Below are positions 35,938 to 44,620 of a stretch of 54,243 nucleotides of DNA, piece after piece. Under the pieces are notes generated by a model that worked only from the letters and a program-made list of their open reading frames with translations, did not search any database and had not been told where the DNA came from. The first letter of the stretch is position 1. Every line of letters starts with the position of its first letter. The translations under genes and the position numbers were made by a program. Location: the NCBI GenBank assembly GCA_947488215.1, contig CANLBD010000001.1:1-54243 (forward strand), given 5' to 3'. The stretch is from Myxococcales bacterium. Lineage in GTDB: Bacteria > Myxococcota_A > Bradymonadia > UBA7976 > UBA1532.

Positions 35938-38853
35938 TTGCGTAACGTCCTGTTCTCAATCACTTTTGCGTGTAGCGCCGCGGCAGTGACCGCGTCGACC
36001 GCGCACGCCTCAGCGCGCTGGCGTGCGTATCCTAACGGCGCCCAGAACGTCTACGCACGGGTCTCCAACGAATATCTGCTCATTGCGCCCGTCGCCGGCG
36101 ATGACGTCGGCGAGCTCTCCAGCGCCCTGGCGAAGGCGACCACCGCGGGCGCGCTGGCCGACCTGCGGCCGCTGGTCCGGGAGCGCGTGCTGGTGAGAGT
36201 CCGCGGGCTCGAGCCCGGCACTCTCGAGGCGCTCGCCGGTCGACTCGTCGAACAGGGGGTTGTGAGCGGGGCTTGGCCGGCGCTCGAGCGCAACGGCGGG
36301 GTCGCGTTCGTGGACGATACGGTCGCCGTTCGCCTCTCCGGTCAGCCAGACACCGCTGCGCTCGAGAAGGCGGGGCTTGCGCTCGAGGGACAGGCCGTGC
36401 TGCCGGGCGTCTACCGGGCTCGGGCGACCGCGGGCGACGCGATCAGCGCATCCCAAGCAGCGAGGCGCCTGCCTCAGGTCGTCTGGGCCGAGCCCGACTT
36501 GGTCCGTGACGTCAAGCTGAACGGCACAGTCCCCAACGACCCCGAGTTGGGCGCGCAGTGGCACCTCGACAACGCCGACGACGTGGGCGACATCGACGCG
36601 AACGCGGCGTGGGCGCTCACGACGGGCGATCCGTCCATCGTGATTGGCATCTTCGACACGGGCACAGACCTCGACCACCCCGACCTCGTCACGAACATCG
36701 TCGGCGGATTCGACGCCGCCGACGCCGACGACGTGGCCGACGCAGAGTGCGGTGGGTCGCAGGATGGTGCAGGACCCGCGGGGAGCTGCCCGAGAGACCG
36801 CCCCTTCCGCGAGTCGCACGGCACCGCGGTCGCTGGCCTGAGCGCTGCGCGGGGTGCCAACGACGTGAACGGCGCGGGCGTTTGCCCCGACTGCGCACTT
36901 TACCCGGTCCGCCTGATCGCGGAGAGCGGCGGGTTGCGCTCGCTCGGCAACGCCGAGACCTTTCGGCGGGCCGCCGACGCGGGCCTCAGCGTCATCAACA
37001 ACTCGTGGGGCCCCAACCTGTCCCGCTTCTTCCCGCTGTCGCAGGCCGAGCGCGAGGCGTTCGACTATGTCACCCGCGACGCGCGCGACGGCCGCGGCGT
37101 GGTGGTCTTGTTCGCCGCCGGGAACGACTATTTCACGCCGGCAGACGCGAACCCCTACGCGAGCTACCCCGATAACGTCACGGTGTCCGCGAGCACACGC
37201 AAGGACGACTTCGCCTGTTACTCCGACTACGGCGACGTCGTCGCCATCGCCGCGCCAAGCCAAGGCTGCTTCGACGGCGAGCCGGGCATCGCGACGACCG
37301 ACTTCCAGGGGCCCGAGGGCTACTCCGCTTCCGAGTTCACCAATGGCTTCGGCGGGACCAGCGCTGCAAGCCCGATCGCCGCGGGCCTCGCGGCCCTCGT
37401 GCTCTCCGCCAACCCGACGCTCACCGCTCAGCAAGTGAAGCTCGTCCTGCAGATGAGCGCGGATAAGGTCGTCGCGGACAAGAACCCGTGGCAGCAGCAG
37501 TTCGGCGTCGATCTGGCCGCTGAGTTCGCCTACGACGCGCGGGGCTTCAGCAAGGGCTTCGGCTTCGGTCGAATCAACGCCGCGGCAGCGGTCGCGCTGG
37601 CGCTGAATGCGCCGCCCCAAACGGCGGGCGTCTGCGACGACCTCTGCCCTCAGTGCTTCGACGGACGCTGCGCCCCCCCGTGTGCGACGGACGACGAGTG
37701 TCCGGCGGCGTCACGATGCGTCGACGTCGGCGAGGGCCGTATGGGCTGCGTCGTTCCCAAGCCGGCGCCCACCGCGCCCGGACAGCCTTGCACCGCGGAG
37801 TGCGCGGCCTGCATCCCCACGATCGACAGCAACTTCGCGGGCGCCGAGGTATGCACCACGACTTGCGAGGACGACGCAGGCTGCCCGTTTGGCTTCGACT
37901 GCCGCGCCGTCGACGCCGAAGGCGGCCCTGCGAAGCTCTGCATCCCCGGCAACAAGGAGTGCGGCCTGCCGTTTGACGACGTGCGCTGCCAGAGTGAGCT
38001 CGCCGTCTCGGGCAATGGGACGACCTACTGCTCGTGTGAGTGTCTGCCGGGCACGCCGGGCGCTTGCCCTGAAGGATTCGTGTGCGAGCCGGCACTTTGC
38101 CAACAGCGCGGCCAGACCATTCAGTGCGAGCCGACGAGCGAGAATCGGGCGAACTACTTCCCGAGCTGCTTCCCCGATCCGAACTTCCGACGGCCATGCA
38201 CAGGCCACAGCGACTGTGCGAGCGGGCTGTTCTGCATCGACGGCGAGTGCGCGCCCGACCAAGAAGAGGGCGGCTGTGATGCGTGCATCGTCTGCACGCG
38301 GGACGCCGACTGCGCGGCGGGCGAGTCCTGTGTTGATACGACGCGAGGGCTGCACTGCTTGCCATCGTGCCGCGCGGACGACGACTGCCCGGCGAGCACC
38401 GTCTGCGTCAACGTCCCCGGCCCAGCGGACTTTCACTGCGTCAACGAGAACTACCAGACAAAGGGCATCTGCCCGCGGTCGTGGCGCTGTGAGCAGCCTG
38501 GACGCTGCTTCTCCGACGCCGACTGCGACGAAGGCGTCGCCTGTGTCGAGCGCGCGTGCGAGGGCGGCGAGTCTCAGGTCGACGCAGCGCCCGCCGACGC
38601 TGAGGTCGCAGACGCCGCGCCGATTGACGCGGGTCCGCCCGATGCGGCCGCCCCCGACGCCGAGACCGTCGAGCCGGACGCGAACGATGACACGGCGAGT
38701 GAGCGCGCGGCGAGCGGTGGGTGCAGCGCCCGACCGACGACCGCACACTCGGCTTGGGGCTGGCTCGCGCTCTCGCTGGTGGGTGTCGCCGCGCGCCGTC
38801 GTCAGCGCTTGCGCGGCAGCCGGAGCACGAGCTGCTCCTCGAGCGCTCGCTGA
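35938..38853 (+). CDS. secreted subtilisin-like serine protease (S8) with Cys-rich C-terminal region and MYXO-CTERM-type sorting tail
   Basis: Triad contexts IGIFDTGTDLDHPDL, HGTAVAGL, GGTSAASPIAAGLAAL. About 300 aa carry about 50 Cys, including six C-x2-D-x-(D/E)-C-x5-6-C modules. The tail is ASGGCSARPTTAHSAWGWLALSLVGVAARRRQR. TTG 35938 is preceded by GGAG, with signal-like RNVLFSITFACSAAAVTASTAHA. Confidence 0.88.
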   Translation: MRNVLFSITFACSAAAVTASTAHASARWRAYPNGAQNVYARVSNEYLLIAPVAGDDVGELSSALAKATTAGALADLRPLVRERVLVRVRGLEPGTLEALAGRLVEQGVVSGAWPALERNGGVAFVDDTVAVRLSGQPDTAALEKAGLALEGQAVLPGVYRARATAGDAISASQAARRLPQVVWAEPDLVRDVKLNGTVPNDPELGAQWHLDNADDVGDIDANAAWALTTGDPSIVIGIFDTGTDLDHPDLVTNIVGGFDAADADDVADAECGGSQDGAGPAGSCPRDRPFRESHGTAVAGLSAARGANDVNGAGVCPDCALYPVRLIAESGGLRSLGNAETFRRAADAGLSVINNSWGPNLSRFFPLSQAEREAFDYVTRDARDGRGVVVLFAAGNDYFTPADANPYASYPDNVTVSASTRKDDFACYSDYGDVVAIAAPSQGCFDGEPGIATTDFQGPEGYSASEFTNGFGGTSAASPIAAGLAALVLSANPTLTAQQVKLVLQMSADKVVADKNPWQQQFGVDLAAEFAYDARGFSKGFGFGRINAAAAVALALNAPPQTAGVCDDLCPQCFDGRCAPPCATDDECPAASRCVDVGEGRMGCVVPKPAPTAPGQPCTAECAACIPTIDSNFAGAEVCTTTCEDDAGCPFGFDCRAVDAEGGPAKLCIPGNKECGLPFDDVRCQSELAVSGNGTTYCSCECLPGTPGACPEGFVCEPALCQQRGQTIQCEPTSENRANYFPSCFPDPNFRRPCTGHSDCASGLFCIDGECAPDQEEGGCDACIVCTRDADCAAGESCVDTTRGLHCLPSCRADDDCPASTVCVNVPGPADFHCVNENYQTKGICPRSWRCEQPGRCFSDADCDEGVACVERACEGGESQVDAAPADAEVADAAPIDAGPPDAAAPDAETVEPDANDDTASERAASGGCSARPTTAHSAWGWLALSLVGVAARRRQRLRGSRSTSCSSSAR

Positions 38854-41800
38854 ATCGCGTCGGCCCGAAGCCGCTCAGCGGCGTAGTGCTCCACCGCGAT
38901 GCGCGGACATACGAAGGCGAGCGACTGCGTGATTCGAACTGAGCCTGACTCGGCAGCGTAGCGCCGCTCAAAGTGGATACAACCGTCCACGACGCGGACA
39001 TCCCCGGGCACGCGGAGCGCTGAGGCGCCCTCGGCGAAGGTCAAGTCCAGCGACCATGTCCACGAGCGCGGCACGCCCAGCTCGACCCCATGACGTCGCT
39101 CCGCGAGGCTGAAATAGGGCGTCGGCGACCAGCCAAAGGGCGCGCGGACGCGGAGCGTATCGCCCTCGACCTGCCCGACCGCAGGCGCCTTCAACGCGAC
39201 GCTGATCGCTGCGGGGGCGCGGACCGAGTCGAGGCGACCCACCTTGGGCGTCTCAGTGCGAGCGCCCGTCATCATGAACCCCGCTTGCTGCTGCATGAGC
39301 TGCGCGAGCCGCTCGGGGTTGCCCGCGTCCTTGCGCAAGGCGGAGCCGGTACTCCCTACCGCGACCAGCTCCAGCTCTCCCTGCGCGTCCCCCGCGGCGT
39401 CGACGCGCAACGTCAAGTTGACCCGGGTCGAGTCGACGTCAGCGCGCTGGTAGGGCACCTCGCGCCAAGTCTGCTGAGGAACGACGGTGGTCAACCCCTC
39501 GAGAAAGGGCTTCGGGTCGAGCACCAGGCTCCAGGTCCCTTGGTCGTCGGGGCGCAGGACCGAGACGTCGAACTGCTCGACCGTCGGGTCGAAGAAGCGT
39601 CCACCCGGAAGTCCCGGCTGTTCGGGGACGTACACGATCGCGTGATTGAACTGCTGCATGGGCACGGCGCGCGCGACGGGTCCCGTGTCTCGCGTGCGGA
39701 CGAGGGCAAAGTGGACCTCGATGCCGGCCAATCGGGCCAGCGTGATGAAGAGCACGGCCTTGTCCTTGCAGTCGCCGTAGCGTCGCGAAACTGTCACGGC
39801 AGCGGGGTGCGGCTTCACACCTGCGATCTGCTTCTCGTAGTCCTGTTGGTATCGAATCTCGTTCATCACCCAGGCATGAATCCGCTCCACCTTGTCGAGC
39901 GGTGACGTCGCGCCCTCCAGAACACGCTTCGCGACCGCCTCAACCTCCGGGTCGACGCGGAAGGCGTCGCGCAGGAGCGCGGCCTCCCAGCCGGAGAACG
40001 TCTCCCAGCTCGGGACGGTGCTCACGACCACGTGCGACGCGACCGTGGCCCAGGGCGGCATGGCCGGCTCTAGGGTAATCGGAGCAACATCCGAGCGTGA
40101 CCACGCCACGCGCGCCCAGTCCCCCACCTCACGCGCCTCGCGCTCAACGGGGCCGAGGCGCTCTTCGTGGAGGGTCGTGGACTTGGCGCGCCACAGGACC
40201 CAGCGGCTGCGCGCCAGCTGCGCGTTCGCCTCCGAGAACCACCAGCGACGCGCCATGTAGCTCGCGAGGTAGCCGTCGGGCGCGCTGTCGAGTCGATACT
40301 GCAAGACGACGACGCTGCCGGCTTGTATCTGTCGAAATCGAACGTTCCCGCCCTGAATCGTGCTCGCGTCGCTCCGGCGCCCCTGAGGATCGACGCTGAA
40401 CGCATTCAAGATGCGGGCGCGTCCCCCGCCCCGCACCCGCAGTCGGGTCAGCTCATCGCGGCCCGTGTCGTTGAGTGGAACAGCGACTGTGGTCACGTAG
40501 TTCACCGTGGAACCGTCGGCCTTGAGCAGCGTCACCTCGTCATCGAGGAGCTGCACCACGTTCGCGCCGGGCGCCGCGGACGCGACCTGTGCGGCCGCGC
40601 CCGCGATCAAGGCGTCGATGGCCTCGGGTGTCGGAACGTCCTCGACCCAGGGGCCGGCAGCCTCGGGTGAGAGAAAATCGAGCCGATGCGCGACGCGCTC
40701 GTTATCGGGGTCCCGCTCGAGCGCGAGACGCCACGCCGCGAGCGCGTCGTCGCGGCGCCCCGCCTGGTAGTAGAGCTCGGCCAGACGGTGCCACCCGACA
40801 GGCGCCGTCGGCGCAAGCGCCGTCAGGGCGCGGGCGGCGCGCTCGGCGTCCGCGAAGCGTCCCGCGCGACGGTTGGTCTCGTACAAGCGCTCCCACCCGC
40901 CCCGCTCGTTGGGCCACCCCCGAACGATCCGGTCGGCCCAGGCGCGCGCCGCCTCGAAGTCATCGTTACTTTGCGCGTGCCAGTGCAGGCTCATCAAAGT
41001 GCCGTAGCTGTTCGGGACGACCTTGAGCCACGACCGCAGGACCTCGACCGCCTGCGGATAGAGGCGCAGGTCGTCCAGCGTGTCGGCCAGCTCCGTCTGC
41101 ACAAGGCTCCAGCGCGGCCACCGAACGTCGACCTCACGCAGGACGCGGAGCCGGTCCTCGTGCCAGCCTTCGCGCTCGAAGGCCTCGGCGAGCGCCAGCC
41201 ATGCCTCGGGCAAGTGCGGGTGCGTCGTCGTCAGCGCGACGAGTCGAGCGCGGGCCTTCTCGCCGAGCCCCTGCCGGGCCCACTGCCGAACTTGCCGAAG
41301 GACCATTTCAGGGTAGGCATCGGCCGTGTCTGAGAGGAGGCTCCTGAGGCCTTCGGCGGCCTGCGCCCACTCCTGATTCTCCCAAGCGGCCTGCGCGACC
41401 CGCCAGCGCGGCACCCACGCTCTCGGGGCGCGTGCGGCCAGTCGCTGCGCCAGATCCGCCGCCAGAGCGCGCTCGCCCAGCGCGTTCGCCCATGACAGAG
41501 CGAGCGCGTCCGCCGCGGCCCCCGTCAAGCCGGCCTGCGCGACCCGCCGAGCGACGAGCTCAGCGCTGCCGAGCGCTGAGCTCGCGGGAGCGGGGCCGCT
41601 CGATGGCGGCGTGTGGAGCGGAACGACCCGCACATCGTCTCGCTGGAGCGGTTGACCGCCGGGCCGCGTGAGGCGCGCAAGCACGCGCCATGCGCCCTCG
41701 CTGTGCGCCGACTTTACCAAGAGTCGGTTGACACCCGCGCGCAGACGCACGGGGAGCACGATCGCGTCGGTCGGCGACGCTGAGACCGTCGGCAGGCTCG

Positions 41801-42650
41801 CCACAACGGCGTCGTTCACCCAGACCTTGACCGGGTCGGTGACGCGCAGGCGGAGCTCATAGTCGCCCTCGCTCTCGAGCTCGATGGCTGTCGCGAGGTA
41901 GGCGACCTGCCAGGCCGTCGGCTCAAGGATGTCCGCCAGCTCGAAGCCGCCACGCGGATCAGCCACGCCGTCTTCTCGCCACGCGATGTCCACGAGCTTG
42001 CCCCGGACAGTGCCGCCGGGGAGCGGATCCAGGCCGCGCTCCGGCGGAAACTCCAAGTTGAAGCCCTTGCCTTGGTCATTGTCGAAAGTCCCGAGGATCG
42101 ACCAGCCGAGGTCGACGCCCAGACGCGCGATCGCCGCATCACGCTGATCGAAGGCGCCGATGACCTGCGCTGCCTCGGCGAGGAAGATCGCGGCACCGCC
42201 CCGGACTTCGGGCTGAGGGTGAGCCTCAGCGAGCTCGGCGAAGACCGCGTGAGCCCGCTGGCTCTCGTACGCCGTCCACCATAGGTCGTTGAGCGCGGTG
42301 AGGTGCAGCAGCGCGTATGGGTTCGCCGGATCGCGCAGCGCCGCCTCGAGGTGGTCGAAGAGGTCAAAGCGGCGCCCCTCAAGCAGCGCGAGTTGGGCCG
42401 CGAGGTCCAGCGCGCGCGCATCGCGGGGCGCCGCGGTCAGCGCTTCGTCGACCGCACGCCTGAGAGCCGCTTGACTCTCCGCTGCGTAGAAGGCCTCCGT
42501 CGCGCGAGCGATGGTGTCTGCTGCGGCGGCCGGGAGCGGGCGCGCAACCATGGGCGCGGCGGGTGGACGCGCGCCGCACCCCCACACCGCGAGCGCCGCT
42601 CCCAGGAAAAGCACCACCCACGGGGTCGGTCGTCGAGTCGAGTGTCTCAC
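38802..42650 (-). CDS. lipoprotein with N-terminal TPR-rich region, DUF3857-like domain and transglutaminase-like cysteine protease core
   Basis: Signal plus lipobox RRPTPWVVLFLGAALAVWGC. Multiple TPR-like helical repeats. Core YGDCKDKAVLF (39763-39780), NHAIVYVP, FFDPT (Cys-His-Asp). Start is GTG 42650 or TTG 42686. The 3' end overlaps the S8 gene by 52 nt. Confidence 0.85.
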   Translation of the reverse strand: MRHSTRRPTPWVVLFLGAALAVWGCGARPPAAPMVARPLPAAAADTIARATEAFYAAESQAALRRAVDEALTAAPRDARALDLAAQLALLEGRRFDLFDHLEAALRDPANPYALLHLTALNDLWWTAYESQRAHAVFAELAEAHPQPEVRGGAAIFLAEAAQVIGAFDQRDAAIARLGVDLGWSILGTFDNDQGKGFNLEFPPERGLDPLPGGTVRGKLVDIAWREDGVADPRGGFELADILEPTAWQVAYLATAIELESEGDYELRLRVTDPVKVWVNDAVVASLPTVSASPTDAIVLPVRLRAGVNRLLVKSAHSEGAWRVLARLTRPGGQPLQRDDVRVVPLHTPPSSGPAPASSALGSAELVARRVAQAGLTGAAADALALSWANALGERALAADLAQRLAARAPRAWVPRWRVAQAAWENQEWAQAAEGLRSLLSDTADAYPEMVLRQVRQWARQGLGEKARARLVALTTTHPHLPEAWLALAEAFEREGWHEDRLRVLREVDVRWPRWSLVQTELADTLDDLRLYPQAVEVLRSWLKVVPNSYGTLMSLHWHAQSNDDFEAARAWADRIVRGWPNERGGWERLYETNRRAGRFADAERAARALTALAPTAPVGWHRLAELYYQAGRRDDALAAWRLALERDPDNERVAHRLDFLSPEAAGPWVEDVPTPEAIDALIAGAAAQVASAAPGANVVQLLDDEVTLLKADGSTVNYVTTVAVPLNDTGRDELTRLRVRGGGRARILNAFSVDPQGRRSDASTIQGGNVRFRQIQAGSVVVLQYRLDSAPDGYLASYMARRWWFSEANAQLARSRWVLWRAKSTTLHEERLGPVEREAREVGDWARVAWSRSDVAPITLEPAMPPWATVASHVVVSTVPSWETFSGWEAALLRDAFRVDPEVEAVAKRVLEGATSPLDKVERIHAWVMNEIRYQQDYEKQIAGVKPHPAAVTVSRRYGDCKDKAVLFITLARLAGIEVHFALVRTRDTGPVARAVPMQQFNHAIVYVPEQPGLPGGRFFDPTVEQFDVSVLRPDDQGTWSLVLDPKPFLEGLTTVVPQQTWREVPYQRADVDSTRVNLTLRVDAAGDAQGELELVAVGSTGSALRKDAGNPERLAQLMQQQAGFMMTGARTETPKVGRLDSVRAPAAISVALKAPAVGQVEGDTLRVRAPFGWSPTPYFSLAERRHGVELGVPRSWTWSLDLTFAEGASALRVPGDVRVVDGCIHFERRYAAESGSVRITQSLAFVCPRIAVEHYAAERLRADAIQRALEEQLVLRLPRKR

Positions 42651-42706
42651 GCCTCGTCCATAATCAGTGATTCCCCGTGGGGTCAAGCGCCGCTATCCTG
42701 CCGGCC

Positions 42707-43609
42707 ATGCAGGATTCACGCGACGGTCAAGTCGTTCTCGTCTCGGGGTGCAGCGGTGGCTTTGGATACCGTGCAGCGCGGGAGCTGGCGCGCCGGGGTC
42801 ACATCGTCTACGCCGGTCTGCGTGAGCCCGAGGGCCGCAACGCGGAGCGCGCCGCGGCACTCCGAGAGTTCGCATCGCAGGCGAACGCGGCCTTGCACAT
42901 CGTGCAGCTCGACGTCGATGACGCAGCGAGCGTAGACGCGGCGGTCGAGCAGGTCTTAGAGAGCAGCGCGGGGCGCATCGACGCCCTCGTGAGCACAGCC
43001 GCTTACAGCGTCATGGGGCCGATCGAGGCCTGCCGCCCGGAGCAGCTCCTCGCCGAGCTCAACACGAACGTCGTGGGGGCGCTGCGCCTCTTTCGCGCCG
43101 TCCTCCCCCCGATGCGGCGCGCAGGCCGCGGGCGCATCTTGCAGGTCACCAGCGGCCTCGGGCGCGCTGCCGTGCCGTTCATGGGCCCCTACAGCCTGAG
43201 CGCTTGGGCGCAGGAGTGCATCGCCGAGGTCCTGCACTACGAGGCCGCTGCCTTCGGCATCGAGGTCGCCATCCTCGAGCCAAGCGCGTACCACACAGAC
43301 TTGGGCGGACCCGCCGTCAAGGCCGTCGGGGATGCGGAGCGGCTCCCGCACTACGAAGCGCAGCTGGTCGCCTTCGCGGAGAAGCTCCAGCGCTCCGACC
43401 CTGCAGCGGCTGCTGCGGCCGATCCCGAGGAGGTCGCCCGCGCTGTTGCCGACGCCCTGAGCGCCGATACGCTCCCCCTGCGCACGCCCGTCGGCGCGAG
43501 CGCAGAGGCCCTCGTTCGGCTTCGGAGCGAGTCGACCACGGGCGAGTTCCGAGCGGTCATTCTCGACAAGACCGGCCTCGGCGAGTTCGTCAAAGCCCCT
43601 CACCGCTGA
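42707..43609 (+). CDS. short-chain dehydrogenase/reductase family protein (atypical active-site motif)
   Basis: VVLVSGCSGGFGY cofactor motif, NAA-like region, VTSGLG. At the YxxxK position the sequence reads PYSLSAWAQE (Lys to Ala by eye). Confidence 0.85.
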   Translation: MQDSRDGQVVLVSGCSGGFGYRAARELARRGHIVYAGLREPEGRNAERAAALREFASQANAALHIVQLDVDDAASVDAAVEQVLESSAGRIDALVSTAAYSVMGPIEACRPEQLLAELNTNVVGALRLFRAVLPPMRRAGRGRILQVTSGLGRAAVPFMGPYSLSAWAQECIAEVLHYEAAAFGIEVAILEPSAYHTDLGGPAVKAVGDAERLPHYEAQLVAFAEKLQRSDPAAAAAADPEEVARAVADALSADTLPLRTPVGASAEALVRLRSESTTGEFRAVILDKTGLGEFVKAPHR

Positions 43610-43616
43610 GGTCGCC

Positions 43617-44606
43617 ATGCCCGTGACCGTGGAGACGCTCGAGAGCGCGCTGCTGGTCGGCAACCCGCTCGGGGACAGCACGACGCGCCGCGTGCCCGTC
43701 TACTTGCCCGCTGAGGCAGCAGCTCACCCTGAGCGTCGCTACCCGCTCCTCATCGCCCTCGCGGGCTTCACGGGCACAGGCGAGAGCTTCCTCAACTACG
43801 ACTTCTACCAGCCGAACCTGCCGCAACTCCTCGACGCGATGATCGCGTCGGGCGAGATGCCGCCCGCGGTGGTCGTGATGGTCGACGCGATGACCGCGCT
43901 CGGCGGCAATCAGTACCTGGACAGCAGCGCGGTCGGCCCCTGGAGCAGCCATATCCTGCACGAGGTCATCCCGTGGGCAGAGGCGCGCTTCCCCGTCCTG
44001 CGCGGCCGCGACCACCGAGGCGTCTTCGGAAAGTCTTCGGGCGGCTACGGCGCGCTGATGATGGGCCTCGAGCACAGTGACCACTTCGCCGGCGTCGCCT
44101 CGCACGCGGGCGACTGCTACTTCGAGTACTGCTACGGCGGTGACCTGCCGCACGCGGTCGACACGCTGCGCGCGGCGGGCGGCCTCGCGCGATGGCTCGC
44201 CACGTGGCGCGGGCACGATCGCCTGGCGGGTTCGGTGTTCGCTGCGGTCAACATCGTCGCGATGAGCGCCTTCTACAGCCCCGACCCCACAGCCCCCTGC
44301 GGCTTCGAGTTGCCGTTCAGCCTGGAGACCGGCGAGGCGCGGCCCGAGGTGCTCGCCCGCTGGAAGCGCAGGGACCCCGTTGAGCTCGTGACGACGCACG
44401 CGGCCGCGCTGCGCAGCCTGCGTTGCCTCTTCTTCGACTGCGGCGACCGGGACGAGTACCACCTGCACCACGGCGCGCGCATTCTGCACTTCCGCTGCGA
44501 GGCCGCCTCGGTCCCGCACGTCTACCAGCGCTTCGACGATGGCCACCGCAGTATCGGCTACCGATACAGGGCGTCGCTGCCTCTGCTCACGCGCGCCCTC
44601 CTGTGA
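43617..44606 (+). CDS. alpha/beta-hydrolase, esterase-D/enterochelin-esterase-like
   Basis: VPVYLPAE...YPLLIALAGFTGTG..., nucleophile elbow GVFGKSSGGYGALMMGLEH, later HAGD and DCGDRDEY...H. Confidence 0.8.
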   Translation: MPVTVETLESALLVGNPLGDSTTRRVPVYLPAEAAAHPERRYPLLIALAGFTGTGESFLNYDFYQPNLPQLLDAMIASGEMPPAVVVMVDAMTALGGNQYLDSSAVGPWSSHILHEVIPWAEARFPVLRGRDHRGVFGKSSGGYGALMMGLEHSDHFAGVASHAGDCYFEYCYGGDLPHAVDTLRAAGGLARWLATWRGHDRLAGSVFAAVNIVAMSAFYSPDPTAPCGFELPFSLETGEARPEVLARWKRRDPVELVTTHAAALRSLRCLFFDCGDRDEYHLHHGARILHFRCEAASVPHVYQRFDDGHRSIGYRYRASLPLLTRALL

Positions 44607-44620
44607 ACTTGGAGTTGACG

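Noticed and set aside
44423-44620. N-terminal extensions of track ORFs: 44423 for the giant lipoprotein, 35824 for S8, 34884 for the methyltransferase, and 15066, 16804, 34184, 26329, 19166, 51499 and 4986 for minus-strand genes
   Set aside because: The extensions overlap the preceding gene or are Arg/Pro-rich. Internal starts give proper signal peptides or family-typical N-termini, usually with a visible GGAG-type site.
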